64,000 bases of DNA, from NCBI RefSeq assembly GCF_006345805.1, contig NC_042998.1, positions 39,494,001-39,558,000 of the forward strand, given 5' to 3'. The position numbers and the translations under genes were made by a program. The stretch comes from Octopus sinensis (taxonomy: Eukaryota). The notes beneath the pieces are model-generated. The model was not told the origin of the DNA and did not search any database. It saw only the letters and a program-made list of their open reading frames with translations. Within the stretch, counting starts at the first letter, position 1. Every line of letters starts with the position of its first letter. Shown here one piece after another: positions 12,010 through 23,599 of this stretch.

Positions 12010-13945
12010 ACACATCCTCCAGGACCACTGTGATGCCAATACCATTATCACAGCAGAACAAGCAGAAGAAGGGAAGACGGGCGTCTGGGGATGTGCCGAG
12101 CAATTGTTAATCAACAAAACTGTGATGTTGGAGGTGCTAGAGCGTAGGAGGGACCTAGTTTCAATATGGCTAGACTACAAGAAAGCCTTTGACTTTGTTC
12201 CCTGCTCATGGATGCTAGAAGACCCTTTAACTTGCTAAAGTTCCAGTGAGCATAGCTGACCTGACTTCATTGTAGGCCACCATCTTGAAATCAAACACAG
12301 GCAGTAACTGTATTATCACCGATAGAAGACAGTATCGCAAAGGCATATTCCTTTCTGTGATGCTGTTTATACTTTCTGTAAATCCCTTGTCATTCATGTT
12401 AAGGAGGTCTGAAGGATATCTCACTGGTTCACAAGGAGACAGAAATACCAAAATTACACACTGCTTCTTTGTGGATGACTTGAAACTTTATGCAAAGAAT
12501 ATGTATGAGATGAAAAAGAACCTTCACCTGGTTACAACATTCTCAAAGGATGTAGGGTTGGAGTTTGGTCAGGATAAATGCTGTTGTATGGTTGTGAAAT
12601 GGGGGAAAACTATAAACCAGACTAGCAACATCTCCATCCATGATTTGACTGTTTCCCTTGTATCTGATGAGGAATGTTACAGGTTTCTCGGGGTGGATGA
12701 AAATATATCTTACAGTGGCACCTGTAACAAAACATGTGTCACTAAAGAATATTACAGTTGAATAAACAAAATTTGGACCTCAGAACTCTCTGCATTTAAT
12801 AAAACAGTAGCCCACAATGTGTTTGCAGCTGCTTGATGAGATCCAAGCCATTGATGTGAAAACCTGGAAGATACTAACTAACACACATAATCTCCACATA
12901 AACTGGGATGTAGACCGTCTCTACCTAAAACGAAAACAGGGTGGAAGAGGCTTAACATTGATCCAAAATGCCTTTGAATGTTGTATCATGTCCCTTTGGC
13001 AACATCTTTTAACCACCAAGTGTCAAAGTGCACACCTTGACCGAGTTTGTGGACATGAGTCTGATAACATCATAAGACTTGGAAGGCAGCTCCAAAGAAG
13101 TTGCACAGCTCCACCCCAACATATCATCAGATGAAAGGATGAGCAGAAATCCATGCATGGATATGTTACTAGAAAGCTCCGTGATGATAGTAACATCGAT
13201 CATCAAAGCAGTTTATCATGGACCAACAACCAGATTCCTAGCTCCCACTTTGAAGGGTATGCATTTGCAATCCAGGAACAGGAAATATCAACCAAATACC
13301 TGATACACAAAAGGGATAAAGATACAGGAAAAGCAGTAAAATGTGACAACCAATGCAGAGTTCACACCAAAGATATCACTCGTATCATAAGCAGCTGTCC
13401 AAAAATGTCATCAAGGTATTATCTACCAATGTGACATGATGTTGTAGCTAGGACACTATATAATAAAATCCGTCAAAAGGATAACCCTAAGAGCAAAGAA
13501 ATAAGAACCCACAGTATGGTGGAAACCATAGTCGCTCATAATAAAAAGGAGTATTGGTGGAATGTCCCAGTGAAAACCTCAATAAAATGTAAACGTTATA
13601 GACCTGACACAATGCTTTGGGATTGAGAAGAGAAACTGTGCACAGTTGTGGAAATTAGCTGCCCAGCAGAATGCTAACATAAAGCTGAAGATCAGGGAAA
13701 AAGAAAATACCAATGCTAAACTATTGAGAAATCTACAATTACTCTACCCAGATTACAAGTTCAGGTTTATACCTGTAATTACTGGGGCTCTGAGATATGT
13801 AACAGACTGCCTAAATACCAATCTTGAGAAATTAGGCTTCTCAAAACCAGAAGGGAGAAAGCTAATTCAAAGACTACAGATCCAATCCATCACTGGAACT
13901 ATAAAATTCTGTAAAACTTTCCAGAAGTTTATCATTTAAATATAT
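12010..13945 (+). mobile_element. Degenerate R4/Dong-like non-LTR retrotransposon (RT + zinc knuckle + RLE)
   Basis: 'WLDYKKAFD', 'FFVDDLKLYAK', 'FGQDKC', 'DVDRLYLKRKQGGRGL', 'QEQEISTKY', 'RPD...EISCP'; frameshifted. Confidence 0.75.
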
Positions 13946-14170
13946 ATGAGCATGTCTAGATATGCAAGTATATGTATGAGAAGACACACATAAAACAAAA
14001 CATACAAATCTACACATATACATACATGCATTCAAAATTACCCTGTTGATGTTGATGAAATTCCAATGAAGGGGCCATGGATGTAGGTTAGAAACCAGCT
14101 CTTTCTCTATTGGCAAATCTTGAAATAAAACACTGACAGACAGACGTAAGTACATACACACATATAAACA

Positions 14171-15419
14171 TGAGGGTGGGCTGAAAAGTTCATAGGTTGA
14201 CTATGAAGAAGTGATGCTAGAGCTATGAAATTTTGCATACATTAATTTCAACCATTCTTATTAATAACTGCATTGTTTCTTTCCTTGTAAACTGACATCT
14301 GACTGTTCAAAGACTTTAAAAGTAACTAACAGTGGCTTCTCTTGAAAATAGACAAAATTTGACATTGTGGTACCAAGTATCTGCAGAAAATGAGTTTAGC
14401 CCCCAACAATATTCATACTGACACGGTCACTACATTATGTGATGACATTCCAGCTTTATCAACAGTGCAATAAAGGATAGGTAAATTTAGGAGGAGAAGG
14501 GAGAATCTTAAAGATGACCCAAGGTCTGGCTGTCCTGCAACTGCCACCAACAAGGGAAACGTTGACTGTATTCACTACATGCTGATGGATGACAAGAGAT
14601 TGACTAGTAATCAAATAGCAGCCAATATTATTAGCATAACTTGTGAGAGAGTTGAGAGTATTCTGCGCAATGAACTTGGCATAATGAAGGTTTCTGCTCA
14701 GTGGATGCCATGTCTTCTCACACCTGATCAAAAGTGCACCAGGCTGATCCCATCATGGAGAAAATCTAACATAGCTTGAGGCAGATCCAGCAGGTTTCCA
14801 TGAACATTTCCTAAGCCAGGACGAGTGTTAGTTTCATATCTTTGAGCCAGAAACAAAGAGACAATCCATGTAGTGGAAACACCTCTCATCACTTACTCCA
14901 TAGAAGGCCAAGGTCATTTCATCTCCAGGGAAGGTGATAGTCTCAGTTTTTAGAATGCAAAAAGCATTGTATTTACAGACTACCTTCAAAAGAGCCATAC
15001 TACCAATGGAGAGTACTATGCCAACTTGCTGAGACTTAAGAAAGGCTATGAAGACCAAATGCCCAGGGAAACTAATGAAAGGGGTCTTGTTTTATCAGGA
15101 CAATGTTCCAGTACACAAGTCCTTGGTTTCAATGGCTGCTGTGTGTGACTGTGGTTTTGAATGGGTTAATCACCCTCCTTATTTGACCCATCTATCATCT
15201 ACTCCCCAGTATGATAAAACTCTTGGCTGGGAACCAGTATTATAGTGATGAAGATGTCATATCTGCTGTTGATGACTTCTTGACCAACAGGATGAGAGCT
15301 TCTTCACCAATGGGATCCAAGAACAGCAACACTGATGGAAGAAACTTGTGGACCACATGGAGGACTATGCTGAAAAATAAAACTTCATCTTTATCAACTT
15401 TTGAACTTCTCAGTTGACC

Positions 15420-15423
<4 letters not shown>
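14171..15423 (+). mobile_element. Degenerate mariner transposon (Himar1/irritans-like)
   Basis: Remnants 'KVSAQWMP.LLTPDQK', 'VLFYQDNVPVH', 'HPPY'; imperfect TIRs tgagggtgggctgaaaagttca / tgaacttctcagttgaccttca; TA at the right flank. Confidence 0.9.
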
Positions 15424-15465
<42 letters not shown>

Positions 15466-15494
15466 TACATATCTATAGATATACATATATAAAT

Positions 15495-15780
15495 ATATCA
15501 TCATCATTATCGTCATTTGACTGAGAGCTAGCAAACCAGAAGGCTGCACCAGGCTCCAATCTGATCTGGCAAAGTTTCTACAGCTGGATGCCCTTAAACG
15601 CCAACCACTCCGAGAGTGTAGTGGGTGCTTTTTACGTGCCACCGGCACGAGGGCTATATATATGTATATATAAACATATATACAGTTTGTAAACATATGC
15701 ATAAACAGCACCCAGTACACTCTGTAAAGTGGCTGGCATTAGGAAGGGCATCCAGCCATAGAAACCAGGCTAAATAGCTT
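15495..15780. mobile_element. Two short RTE-tail fragments in opposite orientation
   Basis: Family motif 'gtggttggcgttaggaagggcatccagc' present on each strand. Confidence 0.7.
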
Positions 15781-17371
15781 TTCGGCTTACCAGGACCGAA
15801 TCCAACGTTGGGGAAGACAGAGATGCAAAAAAGATTGGGGCAGTGGGGGTGGGTCATATTCATCCTTCTTTCTCATTAACTCTTACATTTATACAAAGAC
15901 AGATAGGAGTAAAAACTGCAGTTCAACTTTCTTTCTTTCGAATTTATAGTAGATTTAGAATTTTTACAATTTTAGATTTTATATTCAGAGATATGAAAAC
16001 ACTTTTAGAGAGTAACTGAAGAGTTAATCAAAATCAATACGTTTCATTTTCACTCTTATTCAAATACCAGTTGGCGATCCATTAGTTTTAATACATTAAT
16101 GTAAACAAACAACTGATGACATGTATAAACCGTATTTAGGCCAAATATACTTTCTGTGCACCTCATACAGTTCTCTCTCTCTCTCTTTCTCACACACACA
16201 CATATTTAATGTTGATTCTTTAATTTTATTTTTTTCTGATAATTTCCATTAATTTATCAACGTGTACATGATTAATGAAATCGTCTTCTAGAGACGACTA
16301 GATTGTTAATAGAATGTCATTACATAACCCAATTCACAACGTATTCAGTGCTTTATAAATTTACTCAATCCTTATGAAATGCTCGTGTTAGAATAATTCA
16401 TTTGATAATAAGTCACCAAATTCAAGTCTAAAATGAAATCGTTTTTAATAATACTTTCTTTCTTCTGTTTAAAGCTATGACGAAAAGTCCAGTCTGACCT
16501 CTTTAATATTTTAAATGTTTATAAAATCAATTAGTTGTAAAAGAAAGCCATTTAAGTGTAACAAGTTTTGGGGGTAAATTTTTACCCTTTTTTTGTATCC
16601 ATGTAATTTTTTTAATGCATATTTTTCAAGAAATTTTGCAGAGAAATGTATTTTGAACGTGTAGAATAGGATAATACTGATGAACTTTTGAAAATATTTT
16701 TATACTCATTCAGAAAGCAAATAATCAATGAACTCTCTCCTAAAGTACAGATGTAAATATTTTGGAGGAGGTCTTACAAAATGTCCTCTTCCTAATTTTG
16801 TGACAACATCGATGCGTGTGTATAAAATTTGAACATGTTCGAAATCTACTCACTAAGCTATCTTCGGAAATTCCAGGTGGATGTGTCGAATAAGATATTA
16901 ATTATATTTGGGGATCGAGGCCGACATACAATATTTAAAAGTTAAGGAAAATAGTCGGAGTGGGGCAGTAAAAACAAGGTGGACTTAGCCTGCTCAAACA
17001 CTTGAAATGTTTCTTTTCTTTTTTTATTTACTTTGATAGCAAAAAAAAAAAGAGAGAACCTTAATAAAGCATATCAACAGATACTATAGAGATGTTATGG
17101 CCCTTAATAAAGTTTTCAGGAAAAAATTTATTACAGAATCGTAATTTTATTTCGATAAAGATAACACGAGGAGGATGCGAGGGTAAAGTAATTTATAACT
17201 TGTTATATATAAATTAAACACATCGTAAATATTATGAGAACTCAGAAGGAAAAAAACATTTCGAGCTTATTGATTGTCTTGTCGTAAAGACTAACAACAA
17301 CGTCATTAATTAGAAGATTAATTAGAAGATATGCCAAATGTTTTTGTTTTTTTTGTTTCTAATTTACTTAC

Positions 17372-17583
17372 GTTTTGTCTTGATTACTGGAAAGGTACCG
17401 TATCCAGGGACATGACTGGGTTTGTTGATATGCATTAGGATCGTCGTGTGAATTGGGTTTCAGGGTTCCGTAACAGAAACAAAACGTGATGAAAACAAAA
17501 TAAAGGCATGTTATGTTTATTATTGTTGGTGCTGCTAATGAAAAGCCCGAAAACCGACCACGGGATGGTTTGTAACCACCCAT
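17372..17583 (-). CDS. EIF2AK3: PERK coding exon 1 with putative signal peptide: MGGYKPSRGRFSGFSLAAPTIINITCLYFVFITFCFCYG...SSNQDK
   Basis: ATG at 17583, hydrophobic h-region, donor AC|GTAAGT at 17371; phase 2 completes Thr (AC+T) in frame with exon 2; lies next to a CpG-richer promoter-like region. Confidence 0.8.
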
Positions 17584-18239
17584 TAAGATTCGTACATAAT
17601 CTTGGTCAGAAAATACTAGCCTAGTCGTCCACTGATGCTCTTATTCTGGTTTACCTGCTTTAAACTCTAAACTCATCCATGTCCTATTTGGATTTTGTTC
17701 TTTCGTCACACTAAAAACTGTGTCGGTCGATTTCGTAACTTGTTTCAACTCCGGATTTAAAAGTTTATGACAAACAATAGCATCCGTTAATTTTCTTTTA
17801 CAATTCGTATAGCTTACATGAGCTGTTTTGATAATAATTTTACATGATTCAGACTGCTTATCACGTTACCTACAACAATCTTCCGATATATCCGTTTTCT
17901 TTTGTTTCTCTCTCTCCACCTAAATCACGTCCTTTAATTCCACCTCGGTTGAAATTACACGGTGAAAAATGCAAATAATGACAAGAAGTGCATTAAAAAA
18001 AACTATCAATATAATATATTTGTCGGTCACGACAGCCGAGACCAACGTTAAAATCTATGAATTGCTAAATTGATGAATCTCGATGCAACAAAGTGCACGG
18101 AATGAAGCTCGTTTAATGACGAAATAGAATTAAGGAGAGGAGTGAGAGGAGACGAAACCCGCGTAAAAACATAAAGAGAGGGAAAATAAACAGAAGCAGA
18201 GGAGGAGGAGAGAGGGAGGGAGAAGGGTGAGTGTCAACT

Positions 18240-18570
18240 TGAGACTGACCTCACGTGATGTTTATGGCTGTCTGCGATTGGTTGAAATCTGACACACACT
18301 CCAAAAAAGTTAGGGAAAGCGAGACGTGTCCAGAGTGATGTCACTTCCGCTGCATTATTATTATTTTTTTTCCACAGATTTCTTGACGTTGACTGCAGAA
18401 GTTTTCCTTAAACTTAAAATCTCAAATTTTTACATTTGTACATTTGGGGCTCTTTGAAAAGAGGTACATGGCTGAGATTTGATAATAAAAGTTATTTTAT
18501 CTGCCATAAAACATTTTGTTTTATTTTCACCGCACGTGCTTCGCATGACGTTGTTTCCACGTTGGCAAAA
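18240..18570 (-). promoter_or_regulatory. Probable PERK core promoter
   Basis: Locally CpG-enriched unique DNA upstream of exon 1; TCACGTGA 18251-18258, CCAAT box (ATTGG 18277-18281), ETS-type ACTTCCG 18343-18349, GCACGTGC 18532-18539, TGACGT 18546, CCACGT 18557; TSS not determinable. Confidence 0.5.
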
Positions 18571-19257
18571 GTTTTGCAACTGATGTCTTGATTTTTGTTT
18601 AAAGTTTAATTACATGACTTGTCCAATTTCATTTCCCTAAATTCTGCATCTGATGGAATAGTTGTTATTATTTTTTTGTTGTTCTTTTTTTGACTGGCCT
18701 AAAAGTCTGAAAAATTATGAAGTGATTATTGGTATAAGCAAACACACCCCACAGCTCACCCTAGAAACCTGAGGCGTTACAACTGGAAACTTTAATGTTT
18801 TAAGATGATAAGATATGGTTTAAGATAGTTTTACTGCTATTTCTACCAAATTCAAAGACCATGTCTCCGTCATTTGTTCGACAATGGCATGTTAATTCAA
18901 TAATCTGTAAGCGTAATTAATTTTACTTTTTTTTTTTCGCTTAAAAAATATTGTTCCTCGCCTAAGTATTTCAGATATTTGATTTACTGAATAAAAATTA
19001 TATATGTAGCAAATTACTGAGTTTAGATAGATTTCAAATAAAATATTAACATACTTTCCATTTTCTAGAGATAATTTAAGAGCAAAATTAGAATGTTCTA
19101 AAAGAAAAAAACGTAATTAAGATAAGAGGCATCAATGACACCCAAACAATTAATGTTTTTGTTTGTTTTTTTTTATATAAAATTAATTTTAAAGAATACA
19201 TCTATTTTTTAAAAGATTATTTACGTAAATTAATTATTTTATTATTGTAGTTATCTT

Positions 19258-19361
19258 TAACCTGATGAGTGACTATATTTATATAAAAGTGATTTTACTA
19301 CTACTACTAATATTTTTACTATAATCATTACTTAAATATAGCCATGAAACACGTGTCGGTA
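19258..19361 (+). ncRNA. Type I hammerhead ribozyme motif, predicted GUC cleavage after 19357
   Basis: CTGATGA (19262-68); stem II GTGACTATATTT/AAATATAGCCAT (11 of 12 pairs); GAAA 19346-49; palindromic stem III ACACGTGT; GUC; weak stem I (3 of 4 pairs). Confidence 0.8.
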
Positions 19362-19546
19362 TTCCACCAAATATATACGTTTTATTTATTATTTTGCACA
19401 TTACTTAATCATCGTTATATTTTTTATCTTATATTTAATCTTTCTATTATATGTAATTTTCTAGATGGTGTAATTTAATTTTTCATTTTGAATTGATAAA
19501 AGGTGTTTTTTTTTCTAATTTTATATATATATATATATATATACAT

Positions 19547-19583
<37 letters not shown>

Positions 19584-19784
19584 CACACATAAATGATTTT
19601 AAACCACAATTTGTTATTTCATGCAACCAGTTATTGAAATGCCCATTACTCGAAATACCAATGAAACAAATCCATTTTCAAATGTGTATCTATCAAAGTA
19701 ATTGTATTTCTGTATATAACTTTGTCTTGCTCCATTGTAAACAAAACAAAATTACGTGTGTGCATGTATATATTATAGTTAGTA

Positions 19785-20700
19785 GTGGAGGTGGATGCTC
19801 AGAGAGTGTCACCACAAGAATACGAATAGCCTGGGCAAAGTTTAGAAAGCTTCTACCCCTACTATTGACAAAGGGTCCCTTGCTCAGAGTGAAAGGTAGA
19901 TTGTATGATGCATGTGTGCGACAGAGTGTAAGCGCCCTGAGAGAAATGTTGGACATAAGAAGCATCGGATGTGGTGTGCAAGAGAGACGTTTGTGCTGGT
20001 ATGGTCATGTACTACGGATGGATGAGGAGAGATGTGTGAAGAAGTGCCACTCCCAAACAGTTGAAGGAATTCAGGGTAGAGGTAGACCCAGGAAGACATG
20101 GGATGAGGTGGTCAAGAATGACCTTCAAACGTTGGGCTTCACAGAGGCAATGACGAAAGACCGAGATCTCTAGAGATATGCTGTGACTGCAAAGACCCAA
20201 TAAATAATGTGAGTTCATGGCTGTTTCCTGCACCAGTTTCACATAGCCCTAGCCCATCCAAAGTACCTTGGATTGCAGAACGACCAGCTGTTCTTACCTT
20301 GAATCATAGGGTGACCTGCTGTGCTTGAGGAGACCTATTGAGTCAAGTACATAAATATCAAATGGAAATTGTAGTTGTGATACCTATGCCGGTGACACGT
20401 AAAAAGTACCATCCGAACATGGCCGATGCCAGCACCACCTTAACTGGCTTCTGTGCCAGTGGCACATAAAAAGCACCATCCGATTGCGGCCGCTGCCAGC
20501 CTCCCCTGGCACCTGTGCCTGTGGCACGTAAAAAGCACCCACTACACTCACAGAGTGGTTGGCGTTAGGAAGGGCATCCAGCTGTAGAAACACTGCCTGA
20601 CAAGACTGGAGCCTGGTGCAGTCTCCTGGCTTCTCAGACCCCGGTTGAACCATCCAACCTGTGCTAGCATGGAAAACGGACGTAAAACAATGATGATGAT
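19785..20700 (+). mobile_element. 5'-truncated RTE LINE copy with internal deletion and (GAT)n tail
   Basis: C-terminal half of ORF 19493-20173 'SSGGGCSESVTTRIRIAWAKFR...GRGRPRKTWDEVVK'. Confidence 0.9.
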
Positions 20701-20812
20701 AATATATATATATATATATAAAATACAAAATGGGACAAGAACACAAAACATTAGGTGATACAAAAATAGGACAACAAAGCATCCAGATAGACAATACATA
20801 CATACCTAGATA

Positions 20813-21031
20813 TGAGGGGATGCTGAAAAGTTCTTGGCTTGAGGCTATTGCAAAAGGCGTGGTCGGAAGCACAACCTTCTGAGTTCTTTTACAGGGCTTA
20901 GAAATGCTGAAGGACCAGTGCAATAAGTGTATGAATTAGAGAGGGGAATATGTTGGATAAAATCATAATTAACTGACCCCCACCCATATTTTCTTTTACC
21001 CAAAGCCAGGAAATTTTCAGCATCCCCTTGT
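20813..21031. mobile_element. Mariner-derived MITE (about 220 bp)
   Basis: TIRs gaggggatgctgaaaagttcttggctt / aagccaggaaattttcagcatccccttg; internal remnant of transposase 3' end. Confidence 0.75.
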
Positions 21032-21035
21032 GTGA

Positions 21036-21221
21036 ATGAGTATGTGTGTGTACACGCACAATGAGTTTCTTCCAGTTTCCATCAAGCAAATCTACACACA
21101 AACCTTTGGTCGGCCTGCAGCTATAGTAGAAGACACCCACCCAAGGTGCCATGCAATGGGACTGACCCCAGAACCATTCAGTCAAGAAGCAGACTACTTA
21201 CCACACAGCCATGCCTACACC
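21036..21221 (-). mobile_element. tRNA-derived SINE
   Basis: Minus strand GGCATGGCTGTGTGGTAAG (A box) ... GGGGTCAGTCCC (B-box-like), simple-repeat tail. Confidence 0.8.
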
Positions 21222-21232
21222 TAAAAAGTGAG

Positions 21233-21343
21233 ATGCTTACAACACCCAGGTTTCCTTAGCAGTCACCCACCTAAGTACCAACTAGGTTTGATGTTACTCA
21301 ACTTTGGTGATCAGACAAGAAACAGTGCATTCAACATGCTATA
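21233..21343 (-). pseudogene. 5S rRNA pseudogene, about 9 nt 5'-truncated, CpG-decayed
   Basis: Minus strand ATAGCATGTTGAATGCACTGTTTCTTGTCTGATCACCAAAGTTGAG...GTACTTAGGTGGGTGACTGCTAAGGAAACCTGGGTGTTGTAAGC is collinear with metazoan 5S; many differences are CG>TG/CA; T-run follows. Confidence 0.85.
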
Positions 21344-21684
21344 AAAGAATTGATATAAATGTTGATCGTTTGATTTCTCTTGTTATAGAGAAGGAAAAAG
21401 AGATATACAGAGAGTTAACATAAAAGGCACAGGATGAGTGCACATACAAAGCTTGGTGGAAGGCAATAAGTAAATGGACACTACAAACACAGTGAGGACA
21501 GAGTTATACAAAAGAGAAATTTGTTTTATTCAATTTCATTTTAAGGTAATAAATATTTTTGTCTAGAAAATTAGTATTCATATCAACTTTTGCATACACA
21601 CCAGAAAATTTGATAAACATTCAATTATAATTATGGTATGTATGCCACATTTCCTGACATTAGCCATTGTGACAAATATATATA

Positions 21685-22580
21685 TCATCATCATTTAATG
21701 TCCGCTTTCCATGCTAGCATGGGTTGGACGATTTGACTGAGGTCTGGCGAACCAGACTCCAATCTGATCTGGCAGAGTTTCTACCGCTGGATGCCCTTCC
21801 TAACACCAACCACTCAGAGAGTGTAGTGGGTGCTTTTATGTGCCACTGGCACAAGGGCCAGTTTGGTGGTACTGGCAACGGCCACGCCCAAATGGTGCTT
21901 TTTACATGCCACCTGCACAGGACCCAGTCCAGCGGCACTGGCAACGACATGCATGTATAAATACATACACCCTCCACACACACACTGGCAGAATCAATCC
22001 ATTTACACATACATAGTCAATTTATCCTTTATCATATATGTTTTTTTTGCACAAACATCATCATCATCATCATCATGGTGTTTAATGTCCGCTTTCGATG
22101 CTGACATGAGTAGGATGATTTGACTGAGAACTGGCAAGTTGGGAGGGAGCACCAGCCTCCAATCTCATTTGGCAAGGTTTCTACAGCTGGACGCCCTTCC
22201 TAACGCCAACCACTCTGAGAGTGTAGTGGGTGCTTTTTATGTGCCACTGGCACAGGAGCCAGATGGGGTGGTACTGACATTGGTCATGCTCGAATGCTGC
22301 TTTTTACATGTCACTGGCATCAGCCAGGCTCGAATGGTGCAGCAAAGATGCCGCTGCCAACATATGCAAATGTGCATCCTCTGGACATCTTGTAATAGTT
22401 GTAAACTAGTTTCAAAGAAGCAGTATCACGTGTTTCAAATCTTCTGTAAGAACATGAGAATATTTCCTCATTTTGAAACAGTTCAGGGCTGACAATAGCA
22501 AGGGCATCTGGCTGTGGACATTCTGCTAAAATGGACCCTAGGCCACCCATGCAAGCATAGGAAATTGGCTGTCAAAACAA
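21685..22580. mobile_element. Cluster of three RTE-tail copies (two minus, one plus fragment)
   Basis: catcatcat...tttaatgtccgc at about 21685 and 22060; gcatctggctgtgga fragment at about 22503. Confidence 0.8.
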
Positions 22581-22609
22581 TGAGGACATATATGTGCATA
22601 TGTTATGTA

Positions 22610-22639
<30 letters not shown>

Positions 22640-22641
<2 letters not shown>

Positions 22642-23098
22642 CAAAATAAGAAAATGGAGAAATACACCTTAATCAATAATCAACTACCAGATAATACCCA
22701 ATCAAATAATTTATTAAACCACTACATATGAACATTAAGGTCAAACATAATAGTATAGAACAAAACAATGTACATCAATGAGTAATATGATACAATAAGT
22801 ACAGTATGTATAAGTGAATATAAATATAAACTACATCTTACAGCTGTTTCAGTCATGCAGATATGGGTATCTCGTTATGCTCATATTAGCCATGTGTGAT
22901 AAGTTAATAGTGGCAATGGTAATAGTAATGATGGTAATATTAATAGCATTTTGTAACTTAATATAATGAACTCTTGATTTTGTATATCTGCATTTGAATA
23001 TAGATTAGATATGTGTGTGTTTGTATATTGTAATATTCTAATATATTCTTTTGACCAACTGTAACCTTGACTATAGAACATTGCTGTATATTATTATG

Positions 23099-23138
<40 letters not shown>

Positions 23139-23585
23139 TATGGGTATATGCACTCATCTGTATGTGTATATTATATATTATGGGTATGTACCCACTCTTG
23201 TATGGGTATACCTCCTCTGATATTCATATTTAGTTTAGTTTGTACTTTATAATCTCTGAAGAGGCCTTGGGATATTTTTGTAAGTGTCTCATTTATAACC
23301 ACATATTAACTTATCACACATGGCTAATATGAGCATAATGAGATGCCCATATCTGTATGGCCGAAACAGCTGTAAGATGTAGTTTATATTTATATTTATT
23401 TATATTCACTTATACATACTGTACTTATTGTATCATATTACTCATTGATGTACATTGTTTTGTTCTATACTATTATGTTTGACCTTAATGTTCATATGTA
23501 GTGGTTTAATAAATTATGTGATTGGGTATTATCTGGTAGTTGATTATTGATTAAGCTGTATTTCTCCATTTTCTTATTTTGTATT
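22640..23585. repeat. Inverted repeat of a PLE pseudo-LTR: arms about 22640-22908 and 23305-23585, spacer about 400 bp
   Basis: Arms read as reverse complements with few mismatches (tacaaaataagaaaatggagaaatacac... / ...gtatttctccattttcttattttgta). Confidence 0.9.
23251..23378 (+). ncRNA. Type I hammerhead ribozyme motif with extended stem II, predicted GUA cleavage after 23374
   Basis: ATCT-CTGAAGA-GGCC...GGCC-GAAA-CAGCTGTA-AGAT; stem I ATCT/AGAT; palindromic stem III ACAGCTGT. Confidence 0.85.
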
Positions 23586-23599
23586 ATTAATTTGTGGTA

